NCBI GenBank assembly: GCA_050011095.1
Contig: JBEKJU010000023.1
Span: 1 to 42,541 of the forward strand
Direction: 5' to 3'
Origin: Syntrophorhabdales bacterium
Lineage (GTDB): Bacteria > Desulfobacterota > Syntrophorhabdia > Syntrophorhabdales > WCHB1-27
DNA length: 42,541 nt
Shown here: piece after piece, positions 8,996 through 17,414 of the stretch
How the letters are laid out: each line of letters begins with the position of its first letter
Position numbering within the stretch: the first letter of the stretch is position 1
Notes under the pieces: generated by a model
What the model was told of the DNA's origin: nothing
Seen by the model: only the letters and a program-made list of their open reading frames with translations
The model's database searches: none
Made by a program: the position numbers and the translations under genes

Positions 8996-9511
8996 GTGAA
9001 TGTGCCGGGTATAACGGAAACGAGGCAATATCTCACGTTCAGCCTGGGTGAGGAGTCCTTCGCCTTCGACGTGGCGCACGTGAGGGAGATCCTGGAATTT
9101 ACCACTGTCACGAAGGTGCCGCGGACACCGGGGTTCATGAGGGGTGTCATCAACCTGAGGGGAAGCGTCGTGCCGGTGATGGACATGGGGTTGAAGTTCA
9201 ACCTCTCCCGGACGGAGAAGACCGTCAATACCTGCATCATAGTCGTGGAGGTATCCTTTGGGGGTGAGACGACCGTCATGGGCGCGCTCGTTGATTCCGT
9301 GCAAGAGGTTATCGAGCTTGAACCGGACCGGATCGAACCGGCGCCGAAGATCGGTATGCAGGTGAACAACGGGTTCATCAAGGGCATGGGGCGCCGGGAT
9401 GACCGGTTCATCATCATTTTGGATATCGATCGTGTATTCTCGTCCGCGGAGCTGGCAATCGGCCAGGCGATGGAGACCGAAGGGCGGATGGGATTGGCGG
9501 AAAACGCATAA
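8996..9511 (+). CDS. cheW: Chemotaxis coupling protein CheW
   Basis: QYLTFSLGEE, VREIL, GVINLRGSVVPV, GALVDSV, IILDIDRV. GTG start at 8996 chosen from the GGAGG RBS at 8985-8989. Confidence 0.92.
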   Translation: MNVPGITETRQYLTFSLGEESFAFDVAHVREILEFTTVTKVPRTPGFMRGVINLRGSVVPVMDMGLKFNLSRTEKTVNTCIIVVEVSFGGETTVMGALVDSVQEVIELEPDRIEPAPKIGMQVNNGFIKGMGRRDDRFIIILDIDRVFSSAELAIGQAMETEGRMGLAENA

Positions 9512-9577
9512 GACGTTGGTGAGGCAGAAGGGGCATCCGCGGATGACGCGCTTTCCGGCTTTTCGCCTCCGGTGAGG

Positions 9578-10447
9578 ATGATGACTGCGACAGAGACACG
9601 GGAGGATGGTTCACGAGGTTCACTCATCACCCTCTCCAAGTCCGACTTTTCCCGCCTGAGGAACTTCATCTACGACCACTGCGGGATCAGGATTACGGAC
9701 ACCAAGAAGATCATGCTCGAAGCGCGCCTCCAGAAGAGGTTGAGAAGCCTCGGGCTTGATTCCTTCTCCCAATACTGCACCTACCTGTTCAGCTCCGACG
9801 GGATGGCGGAGGAGCTGAACCACATGGTAGACCGGGTCACCACGAACAAGACGGATTTTTTCAGGGAGCCTCTCCATTTCGATTACCTCACCCGCAAGGT
9901 ACTTCCCGAGGTCTTCCGGGTCAACAGGACCGTCACCGTCTGGAGCGCGGGGTGTTCGAGCGGGGAGGAGCCCTACACCCTGGCAATGGTCATTAAGGAG
10001 TTTATCGGCGACGATTGCGCGATCGACTTCCGCGTCGTCGGAACCGACATCTCGACCCGGGTGCTCGAAACGGCAAAACTCGCCATCTACGATGGAGAGA
10101 GACTGGCCCCCGTTCCACCGGAGATACAAAGAAAATACTTCATGCGAAGCAGGGACAGGACCAAGGGGCTTTACAGGGTAACACCCGAACTGAGGGCGCG
10201 CGTGACCTTCCGGCGCCTGAACTTCATGGACGACGATTTTGGATTCCGGGAAGAGGTGAGCGTTATCTTTTGCAGGAACGTGATCATCTATTTCGACAAA
10301 CCGATCCAGCAGAGGCTTCTCAACAGGTTCTGCCGCTGCCTCAAACCTAACGGTTACGTTTTTGTCGGCCACTCCGAGACACTCCTCGGGATGGACGTAC
10401 CCCTGGTTCAGGTCGCGCCTACAATATACCGGAAGAAGGGCGGATGA
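9578..10447 (+). CDS. cheR: Chemotaxis methyltransferase CheR
   Basis: TTNKTDFFRE, WSAGCSSGEEPYT, GTDIS, IFCRNVIIYF, GHSE. Start uncertain (9572, 9578 or 9581). Confidence 0.93.
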   Translation: MMTATETREDGSRGSLITLSKSDFSRLRNFIYDHCGIRITDTKKIMLEARLQKRLRSLGLDSFSQYCTYLFSSDGMAEELNHMVDRVTTNKTDFFREPLHFDYLTRKVLPEVFRVNRTVTVWSAGCSSGEEPYTLAMVIKEFIGDDCAIDFRVVGTDISTRVLETAKLAIYDGERLAPVPPEIQRKYFMRSRDRTKGLYRVTPELRARVTFRRLNFMDDDFGFREEVSVIFCRNVIIYFDKPIQQRLLNRFCRCLKPNGYVFVGHSETLLGMDVPLVQVAPTIYRKKGG

Positions 10448-10905
10448 GGATTTTTCTTAAGCCGGGCGAGTGCTACCTGGGACAGAAGCACGCACTGGTA
10501 TCGACCGTCCTCGGCTCATGCATCTCGGTCACCATGTTCAGTGACGCCTTGCGGACAGGCGCCATCTGTCACGCGCTCCTTCCGATGAATGCCGCGCCGC
10601 AAGACGTGAACATGTTTCGCTACGTGGACAGTTCCATCTACTCCATGCTCCGATACTTTGACGCGATGGGTGTCGGAAAGGGGGCACTCAAGGTGAAGGT
10701 CTTCGGCGGAGCGGATCTCCTCCCTTCGCTGCGTGACAGGACCGTTGGGCGCGCAAATATAGAGCGCGCCGTCGCCATCGTCAGAAGTGAGAACCTGGAG
10801 CTCGTGACGTCCGATGTGGGGGGTTTCCAGGGGAGAAAGATTATTTTCAACACCCTTACGGGGAGTGTCTTTCTCAAGAGAATCAAAATGAGGGGATTCC
10901 CATGA
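10444..10905 (+). CDS. cheD: Chemoreceptor glutamine deamidase CheD
   Basis: 153 aa, TVLGSCISV...CHALLP, KVFGGA, VGxx[11 protein letters not shown]. Confidence 0.92.
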   Translation: MRIFLKPGECYLGQKHALVSTVLGSCISVTMFSDALRTGAICHALLPMNAAPQDVNMFRYVDSSIYSMLRYFDAMGVGKGALKVKVFGGADLLPSLRDRTVGRANIERAVAIVRSENLELVTSDVGGFQGRKIIFNTLTGSVFLKRIKMRGFP

Positions 10906-11966
10906 AGAAGATCAAGGTGCTCATCGTCGACGATTCCGCACTTGTTCGCCAGGCATTGACGGACATCCTCTCCAGCGACCCTTCGATCGAGGTGATCGGG
11001 GCCGCGAGGGACCCCTTCATGGCGGCGCAGAAGATGAGGGAGGTTATCCCGGATGTCATTACGCTGGATATCGAGATGCCCCGGATGGACGGCATCACGT
11101 TCCTGCAGAAACTCATGAGCCAAAATCCCATCCCCGTGGTCATTTGCTCGTCCCTTGCGGAAAAGCAATCGGAGACAACCTTGAGGGCCCTGGAATACGG
11201 GGCGGTCGAGATCATCCAGAAACCGAGAATAGGGGTCAAGCAGTTCTTCGAGGAATCGAAGATTCTCATCTGTGATGCCGTGAAGGCAGCTTCCGGGGTG
11301 ACGCAGAAGAAGATCGCTTCCCCGTCTTTTCACGTCCCTCCCAAGCTGACCGCCGATGCCGTTTTGCCGAAGGCGTATGGCAAGTCCCTGCTGCGGACCA
11401 CGGAGAAGGTGGTCGCCATAGGCGCCTCCACGGGGGGCACCGAGGCCTTGCGGGTATTCCTCGAAGCCCTTCCTGAGGACGCGCCGGGTATGGTCATTGT
11501 CCAGCACATGCCGGAGAATTTCACGCGGGCCTTCGCAAACCGACTGGACACCTTCTGCCGGGTATCGGTCAAAGAGGCGGAAAATGACGACACCGTCATA
11601 CGGGGACGGGTCCTGATCGCACCGGGGAACAAGCACACGCTTTTCAAGAGGAGCGGGGCCCGCTACTATGTCGAGGTGAGGGAGGGGCCCCTCGTCTGCC
11701 GGCACAGACCTTCCGTTGATGTCCTCTTCCGGTCCGCGGCGAGGCATGCGGGGAAGAATGGGATCGGGGTCATCATGACCGGTATGGGCGACGACGGCGC
11801 CAAGGGCATGCTCGAAATGAAGGAGGCAGGGGCGTATACCATCGGCCAGGACGAGGCCTCCTGCATCGTATTCGGCATGCCGAAGGAGGCGATCAAGCTC
11901 GGCGCCGTTGATAACGTCGTGCCCCTGGAGCATATCGCGAGTACGATCCTGAATCACGCGCAGTGA
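10902..11966 (+). CDS. cheB: Chemotaxis methylesterase CheB (receiver + methylesterase)
   Basis: 354 aa, [27 protein letters not shown] and TGMGDDG catalytic motifs. Confidence 0.96.
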   Translation: MKKIKVLIVDDSALVRQALTDILSSDPSIEVIGAARDPFMAAQKMREVIPDVITLDIEMPRMDGITFLQKLMSQNPIPVVICSSLAEKQSETTLRALEYGAVEIIQKPRIGVKQFFEESKILICDAVKAASGVTQKKIASPSFHVPPKLTADAVLPKAYGKSLLRTTEKVVAIGASTGGTEALRVFLEALPEDAPGMVIVQHMPENFTRAFANRLDTFCRVSVKEAENDDTVIRGRVLIAPGNKHTLFKRSGARYYVEVREGPLVCRHRPSVDVLFRSAARHAGKNGIGVIMTGMGDDGAKGMLEMKEAGAYTIGQDEASCIVFGMPKEAIKLGAVDNVVPLEHIASTILNHAQ

Positions 11967-12090
11967 GCCGCTTAGGCGCCGGCGCGTGAAGGGATGCGTG
12001 TCGCGCGCCGTGCGACCGATAAGTCTCCCCTGATTGCCAAGTGTAATAGGAAAAGACCTCCCATGATGTACGGCACGGGTTCCCCCCTTT

Positions 12091-12119
12091 TGTAACCTTT
12101 TGACGGATCCGAGCGACTT
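12091..12119 (+). promoter_or_regulatory. Possible ECF-sigma promoter upstream of the Spy/CpxP/ZraP-like gene
   Basis: TGTAAC (12091-12096), 17 nt, CGACTT (12114-12119). Fits the AAC/CGx pattern of ECF promoters. Confidence 0.3.
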
Positions 12120-12187
12120 ATCCCATAGCAAGCACGAGTAGCATCGAGGGCCTTTAGGGGCCAAACAAAAAAATCGGAGGAGGTACT

Positions 12188-12649
12188 ATGAAAAAGCTCT
12201 ATGTGATCGCTCTCGCATTGCTCATGGTGAGTTGGACGGCGGTTGTATTCGCGGAACCGCCCGACCAGGGTTCGGCTCCCCCCGGCCCCGCCGCTCCCCA
12301 CCAGTGGGCCCACCCGGAGCACCAACACGGATCCTTCCTGAATCTCTCGAAAGAGCAGAAGGAGAAGATGCGGGGGATCAGGAACAGCTTCTTTGCAGAC
12401 ACGCACGATCTGAGATACAATATCCGGGAGAAGCACTTGGAGATGCGGAAGCTCTTCACCGATCCGAAGGCCCCAGATTCAGCGCTTCTCGCAAAACAGA
12501 AGGAACTGGACGCCCTGCTCGTGAAGCTCATGGACAGGAAGGCCCAGATGAAAATCGAATGGAGAAGGGTGCTCACCCCCGAGCAGATCGAGAAGCTTGA
12601 CCGGCCTCACCACTTCGGGTTTCACCATCACGGCCATTTCGAGGGTTGA
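12188..12649 (+). CDS. Periplasmic Spy/CpxP/ZraP-family (heavy-metal sensor / chaperone) protein
   Basis: 153 aa with signal peptide MKKLYVIALALL...VFA, LNLSKEQKEK and VLTPEQ (LTxxQ) motifs, His-rich termini and a GGAGGAGG RBS. Confidence 0.85.
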   Translation: MKKLYVIALALLMVSWTAVVFAEPPDQGSAPPGPAAPHQWAHPEHQHGSFLNLSKEQKEKMRGIRNSFFADTHDLRYNIREKHLEMRKLFTDPKAPDSALLAKQKELDALLVKLMDRKAQMKIEWRRVLTPEQIEKLDRPHHFGFHHHGHFEG

Positions 12650-12692
12650 GGGCCTTTCCCGGGGGCGGTCTTGGCATGAGGTTTGGATTGTG

Positions 12693-12724
12693 AAGGGCCT
12701 TTCGGGCGGACCGGGAGGCCTTTC
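12693..12724 (+). terminator. Putative intrinsic terminator hairpin after the Spy/CpxP-like gene
   Basis: GGCCTTTCGG-GCGGA-CCGGGAGGCC followed by TTT. Confidence 0.4.
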
Positions 12725-12777
12725 CGTGCCCGGAACAATGATTCGGGCCGGCCGTTTACAGGTTTAACCACGTGTCG

Positions 12778-13602
12778 ATGAAGTTTCAGAAGGATACCGC
12801 AACCGAAGCGGAACGTGATCGTATTCGCTGGATCACCTGGGCTCCGTTAAGTCCCGGACTCGTCAGGGACTTAACGCCGGCTGTAGCCGCCCTGGCCGCG
12901 GCAATCATCTTCTCTTTCTTCTTCGGCCGGTCTCACACCGCCTGGCAGCCGGCAATCATCATGAGGGGGATCCTTCGCTTCTTCAGGATCACTGTGGCGC
13001 TCTGCATCCCTCTCTGCGTCCTGTTCCCGGTCTACCGCTTCATCATTGAGTGGAAAAGGGACGTGCTCCTCCGTGTCGAGCAGAATGAGCTTGTCATCCA
13101 GCCCGTGAAGCACTGGCTGGAACGGCCCTTCCAGGGCATCGGGATAGCCTTTCTTTTTCGCACGAAGCTCCTGATCATGCTTCAACTGATCGGCGGACCG
13201 GCGATGCCGGTATCTCTCTTCGCGCGGGGAGGTCTGGGTTGGCGTCAAACCCTCCTCGCGTCCGCCGTGATCGCCTTTGCCTCTCTTCTCCTTTCCACCC
13301 TCTGGACCCTTGACGACGTGGGGATACGCTACGCCAACCGAAGGAGTCACGAGCTGAAGATGATCGGCAAATACGTGGGGACCGTCATGCCCCTCGTCTT
13401 CGGGACGTACGGCGTTATAGGCCTAATGGCCAACTATCCCACGGCCGAGGCCCTCCTGGCTGTCCTGAAGGCCGTTTTCGTCCTCTACCCGCCTTTTGCC
13501 TGTTTCACGGTGCTTCATACCTATCTGATCAGGGGCAGGAGGGGCTTTATCGCCATGGGGAATACGATAGAAGAAGGGGGTGTCTGGCGTCGCGGCGGGT
13601 GA
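12778..13602 (+). CDS. Hypothetical polytopic membrane protein (about 6 TM segments)
   Basis: 274 aa ORF with multiple hydrophobic segments and coding-like composition. No family recognised. Confidence 0.7.
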   Translation: MKFQKDTATEAERDRIRWITWAPLSPGLVRDLTPAVAALAAAIIFSFFFGRSHTAWQPAIIMRGILRFFRITVALCIPLCVLFPVYRFIIEWKRDVLLRVEQNELVIQPVKHWLERPFQGIGIAFLFRTKLLIMLQLIGGPAMPVSLFARGGLGWRQTLLASAVIAFASLLLSTLWTLDDVGIRYANRRSHELKMIGKYVGTVMPLVFGTYGVIGLMANYPTAEALLAVLKAVFVLYPPFACFTVLHTYLIRGRRGFIAMGNTIEEGGVWRRGG

Positions 13603-13660
13603 GTGAAGAGAAGGGACGGACGAGTGACGGCCTTGAGACGGCGGTTATGGAGGATAGGCA

Positions 13661-14281
13661 ATGATAAGGAAGATGTGTGACCGGTTAAGAAAGGCCATGC
13701 CGGGGAAAGGGTTCGCCTGTTGCGCGGCGGCGGTGATCCTGGGCCTCTCTGTCACGGCGGGATACGGGTTTAGCTCGGCGCACCTCGATCAGGTCAAGAA
13801 GACGAACAGGTGCGAGGGGTGCGACCTAACCGGTGCCGACCTCGGCAAGGCCATCATGAACGACGCCAGGATGGCAGGCGCCAGGATGGCAGGCGCCAGG
13901 ATGGCAGGCTCGGACCTGTCCTCCGCGGACCTGTCCTCCGCGGACCTCTCGGGCGCGGACCTGTCAAAGGCCGACCTCGTGGGCGCCAATTTCTGGAAGG
14001 CAAACATGTCCGACGCCAATCTGGCCGGAAGCAGGCTCTCCTGGGCGAGGCTGACGAATGCGGACCTGTCCCGGGCGAACCTTAAAGGGGCTGATCTTGC
14101 GCGGACGGACCTTGCGGGCGCGAAGTTGTCCGGTACCACCTGGACGGACGGAAGGATATGCAAGGAAGGCTCTGTAGGGGAGTGCAAGACCGGGCCCGGC
14201 CAGCCCGCGGAAAAGACGAAGTCCGGCAAAGGCCCCCACAGGTCCCCTCAAAGTCCGCCCGGTTCCCCCGGCGGGGGGTGA
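13661..14281 (+). CDS. Exported pentapeptide-repeat protein
   Basis: Signal-like N-terminus, CEGCDL followed by A(D/N/R)(L/M)xx pentapeptide repeats, WTDGRIC...EC, and a Pro/Gly tail. GGAGG RBS. Confidence 0.88.
   Translation: MIRKMCDRLRKAMPGKGFACCAAAVILGLSVTAGYGFSSAHLDQVKKTNRCEGCDLTGADLGKAIMNDARMAGARMAGARMAGSDLSSADLSSADLSGADLSKADLVGANFWKANMSDANLAGSRLSWARLTNADLSRANLKGADLARTDLAGAKLSGTTWTDGRICKEGSVGECKTGPGQPAEKTKSGKGPHRSPQSPPGSPGGG
13864..13947 (+). repeat. Two exact 15-bp tandem repeat tracts inside the pentapeptide gene
   Basis: CGCCAGGATGGCAGG x3 (13864-13908) and CGGACCTGTCCTCCG x2 plus a partial copy (13911-13947). Confidence 0.9.
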
Positions 14282-14666
14282 GACTTTGTCCCGGGCCCTT
14301 CCCCCCGGCTCGAGGACGTCTCAGGGGAAATGGGTTCAGGTTCCGGGCGAGTCGGTCGGAGGAAGGTGGGTCCCGCCCCATTGGGTCTGGGTGCCCGCGT
14401 ATCCCCGCTCCCGCCGGAGGGCAGGTCGGCTATGTCCCGTATACACCCATGCCGGCCTACGTCGTGGCCCCTGCCCCCTTCGTTCCCCGGCATCCTAGCC
14501 TTAGTATTGCGGCCCCTCGGCCTTGTAGGGATAGCCCTTGGAACGGGGGCCGCCATCGTGGCGATGCCCTTTGCCATACCGAGCGGAAGTATGCAGGAAA
14601 GTGGGCCAGGAACTTATTGTTGGACCTTTTGACTTCACGTTCCGGAGGCCCCTGGGGGTCTGGTGA
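14280..14666 (+). pseudogene. Frameshifted coding region: Trp/Pro-rich segment plus a small membrane domain (LRPLG...PF...FTFRRPLG type)
   Basis: Coherent protein emerges across successive +1 shifts: KWVQVPGESVGGRWVPPHWVWVPAY / PAPAGGQVGYVPYTPMPAYVVAPAPFV / PGILALVLRPLGLVGIALGTGAAIVAMPFAIPSGSMQ / KVGQELIVGPFDFTFRRPLGVW*. Shifts fall at C4 (14403), C4 (14485) and GGAAA (14596). Confidence 0.65.
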
Positions 14667-14785
14667 CGGCCTGGTTCCGGTCCCTAAGGCCGGCAATCCA
14701 CGGAAGGGAGAGGGCCACACCACGGCCCTCAATGCCCTTTACCGCGAAAAATCGTTCATTACCGGCTTTGACAAACCTCGGGGGG

Positions 14786-15079
14786 TTAATAACGGGGTCT
14801 GTTGTCCTGTCTAGCCCTGAACGCCAGGGCTAGTTTTAGCTGCTTTATCGCCTTCTCGCTCGCCTCAATGGCCTTGGCCTTGTGTCCCCGGAAATCATGG
14901 GGGGCCCGCTGCATCTCGGCTACCGCAGCCTCCAGAGCCTCTATCGCCCTTGCGATGTTGGGATGCTCGACGGCCTCCTCCCGCACCATGGGCCCCTGGG
15001 CCTGCACCGTCCTGACCGTTGCAGCGGTCACGCAGACAAGAAGAAATACCACCATCACCATACCGATAACCTTTTTCAT
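14786..15079 (-). CDS. Small exported helical protein (HP...HDFxGHK motif)
   Basis: 97 aa from ATG 15079 with a GGAGG RBS. Signal peptide MKKVIGMVMVVFLLVCVTAA; mature part EHPNIARAIEALEAAVAEMQRAPHDFRGHKAKAIEA. Confidence 0.8.
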   Translation of the reverse strand: MKKVIGMVMVVFLLVCVTAATVRTVQAQGPMVREEAVEHPNIARAIEALEAAVAEMQRAPHDFRGHKAKAIEASEKAIKQLKLALAFRARQDNRPRY

Positions 15080-15290
15080 CACGCCTCCCTTCTGATTTTT
15101 TTTGGTTCCTTCTCTCAAAATCGACCTCGCTTGAGAAAGTCGGGACCATAGTGAGCCCCATTTTGTGTCCCTGTCCCCCCGTCCGCCATGAGGGGGGCTA
15201 AATCGCCCTTTTTGCGACAGGGTCGGTGAAGACCAACGGAAGGCCTTCATGCGGCAGAAGGCCCCTCAATGCCCTCTGGCATGGCCAACA

Positions 15291-15306
15291 AGCAACAGGT
15301 GTGCCA
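15291..15306 (-). promoter_or_regulatory. sigma54 (-24/-12) promoter for the 15079 gene
   Basis: The minus strand reads TGGCACACCTGTTGCT, i.e. TGGCAC-N5-TTGC with exact GG-N10-GC spacing. Confidence 0.75.
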
Positions 15307-15391
15307 GACATGCCGGGTAGGGGGCGATCCTTGAGCGAAAAGGGCTTTTGGCAAAGGGGAGCGTCTTCTCGATCCCGCTTCATACATAAGA

Positions 15392-15437
15392 TGTCGAACA
15401 GGGCGCTCCCGTTCGACAGGATTGTCGAATATCGCCA
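15392..15437. promoter_or_regulatory. Candidate enhancer (UAS) sites for a sigma54 activator
   Basis: Inverted repeat TGTCGAAC...GTTCGACA (15392-15418) and TGTCGAATATCGCCA (15423-15437), about 85-130 bp upstream of the -24 box. Confidence 0.4.
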
Positions 15438-15613
15438 CCCGTCTTTTCTCTCTCGACCCTCTTAGCACAATCCGTGTTCTCCACCCGATCGCGGCACGTG
15501 CGCGGCGCGGGACGGCCGTCTACACAGTGGCAGTACGGATTGATGGCAGGCAGTATGTTGGTTGAGGGTCTTGGTGCCGGTGCAAAGGGAGGCGTGAAGA
15601 AGTCGACGAGGTA

Positions 15614-17296
15614 TCACTTGGGCGAGATGACGGCCTTCGCCCTTTTCTCCTTCTCCCCCTCGACGTGAACGCGGTCCTCGTTGATATAGTACGTCACGGT
15701 GTCTCCCGAAACCCTGTCATTCCCTGAGAAGACGACCACATCCCCCTTCAGTATGATCTCGCCCTTATCGTTATAGAAGAACGCCTCTTTGCATGTTGCC
15801 GTTCTTTCAAGCTTGACGATCTTCACGTTTCCTTCGGCCTTTGCCCGGTCGATCTCGTTTGTCTGTTCATTGATGTAGGCGGTGAGCACATCCGAAAAGA
15901 GGTACATATCCACCTGCTTCGCGATCACATTGCCCTTGAAGACGATGATCGTGCCTTTCTCGAGTCCTTCCATCGTATCGGAGACTACGTCGACCGGTTT
16001 CTTTTCTGAAAAAAATCCGAGGGAGCCCTTCTTGTCACCACGTTTTTTCGCCTGTTCCTTCCCCCCGGCCTTCTTGTCAACATCGCCCTTTTCCGTCGCC
16101 GGACCGGCCGCCGTGGCCTCGCCTCCCGCCGCAGCCCCGGTCGTGCCCGCCGTGCTGTCCGATGACGCATGTGTCCCGGCCGCTTCGCCCGCGCCCTTCG
16201 GATCGGAGACGGTGGCCACCAACACCCCCGGCCTTCCCGGGTCGCCGCCCTGCCCTTTCTGACCGGTCGCGGCTGTAGCGGTTGAGAAAGGCGCCGGGCC
16301 GTTCCCCACCGCTCCGGTTTCCCCGGGGTTCCCCTGGGACAGGCCTGTGCCTGTCGCGCTGTCGCCGCTCGCCGCCGTCTGGACGGGTTTCAGGTCGATC
16401 TGCCTCACCTTCCTTTCATCGTAGGAAAAATCGGACATCGCCGGCCCCTGCCCCTGGCTTGCCGAAGCGCCTCCCGGCGTTACCGCGGGCGGAGCCCCCG
16501 CCCCGGTGTCGCCTCCCGCGCGGGCGGTAGTCGTCGAACCGGCCGCGGCGGCGCGGAGCGTCTTTTTCTGCCTCTTCGTCGACCCCGCGTAGATACTCTT
16601 TGGATATTCCTTTGCGAGCCTGTCCGCATAGAACTGGGCCCTCTCCGGATTCTGCAGCTCCCTGTAGTTCTGCGCCAGGTAATAAAGCGCCTTATCCCTG
16701 TCCTTGGCGTCGGGATACTTGTCCAGGAAGTAATTGAACCGGATGATCGAGGCGTTATATTTTCCCCACTTGTAGTAAAACTCGCCGACATAAACTTCTC
16801 GGCCCGCGAGCTTCTCCGTGAGGTTCTTGATGCGGATGTCGGCATCTTTCGCGTACGGGCTTGTGGGATAACGATTCTTGAGAAAAGTGAAACGCTCGAC
16901 CGCCTTGAACGTGTTTGCCTGGTCGCGGTCGATGGTGGGGGAAAGCCTCTCGTAGCATTCGGCGAGTCGCCGGAGCGCATAAGCCGCGTTCTCGTCTTCG
17001 GGGTAGCTGTTGACGAAGTCCTCATAGATGCCCGCAGCCACCAGATAGTTCTTTTTTTCGAACTGCGAGTCCGCCTGTTTCACCTGTGCGATGAGGGCAA
17101 TGGGATCGAAGGGAAAGTTCTCCCGGACCTTGCCGAAGCTCTCGATGGCCTTGTCGTAATTCTTCTTCTTCATGAAGGCGACGCCCTCGACGTAAAGGTT
17201 CGCGGGGTTGTCAACCTTCTTCACCTCGGCCTTTTTCCCGCCGCAGGATGGGAGGATGAGGCACAAAATGGCGATAACTATGAGGCTTTTTCGCAT
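15614..17296 (-). CDS. bamD: Lipoprotein fusion: BamD (YfiO TPR) + Ala/Gly/Thr/Pro-rich linker + LptA/OstA beta-jellyroll domain
   Basis: Lipobox LPSC. BamD-type TPRs (LYxEG...YDKAIESF...FPFDP, YEDFVNSYP, DRDQANT, YPTSPYA, LAGREVYVGEFY, YPD). C-terminal PVDVVSDTMEG...FKGNVIAKQ...AEGNVKI...LKGDVVV...GDTVTY is typical of LptA. Confidence 0.88.
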   Translation of the reverse strand: MRKSLIVIAILCLILPSCGGKKAEVKKVDNPANLYVEGVAFMKKKNYDKAIESFGKVRENFPFDPIALIAQVKQADSQFEKKNYLVAAGIYEDFVNSYPEDENAAYALRRLAECYERLSPTIDRDQANTFKAVERFTFLKNRYPTSPYAKDADIRIKNLTEKLAGREVYVGEFYYKWGKYNASIIRFNYFLDKYPDAKDRDKALYYLAQNYRELQNPERAQFYADRLAKEYPKSIYAGSTKRQKKTLRAAAAGSTTTARAGGDTGAGAPPAVTPGGASASQGQGPAMSDFSYDERKVRQIDLKPVQTAASGDSATGTGLSQGNPGETGAVGNGPAPFSTATAATGQKGQGGDPGRPGVLVATVSDPKGAGEAAGTHASSDSTAGTTGAAAGGEATAAGPATEKGDVDKKAGGKEQAKKRGDKKGSLGFFSEKKPVDVVSDTMEGLEKGTIIVFKGNVIAKQVDMYLFSDVLTAYINEQTNEIDRAKAEGNVKIVKLERTATCKEAFFYNDKGEIILKGDVVVFSGNDRVSGDTVTYYINEDRVHVEGEKEKRAKAVISPK

Positions 17297-17414
17297 CGTT
17301 TACTATAACAGAAACAGAAAATTTATGCTAATTTTATTACGGTGGCCCGCCTTTGTCAAAGGATAGAACCATACTTTGGGTCCTTAGGCGGATGGGCGGG
17401 TCCGGTGGTGTCTC

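Noticed and set aside
12671-12688. sigma54-like TGGCATGAGGTTTGG
   Set aside because: The -12 element is GG rather than GC, and it lies in the 3' hairpin region of the upstream gene.
13864-13947. Tandem repeats as a possible CRISPR array
   Set aside because: 15-bp in-frame units with no spacers; explained by pentapeptide coding repeats.
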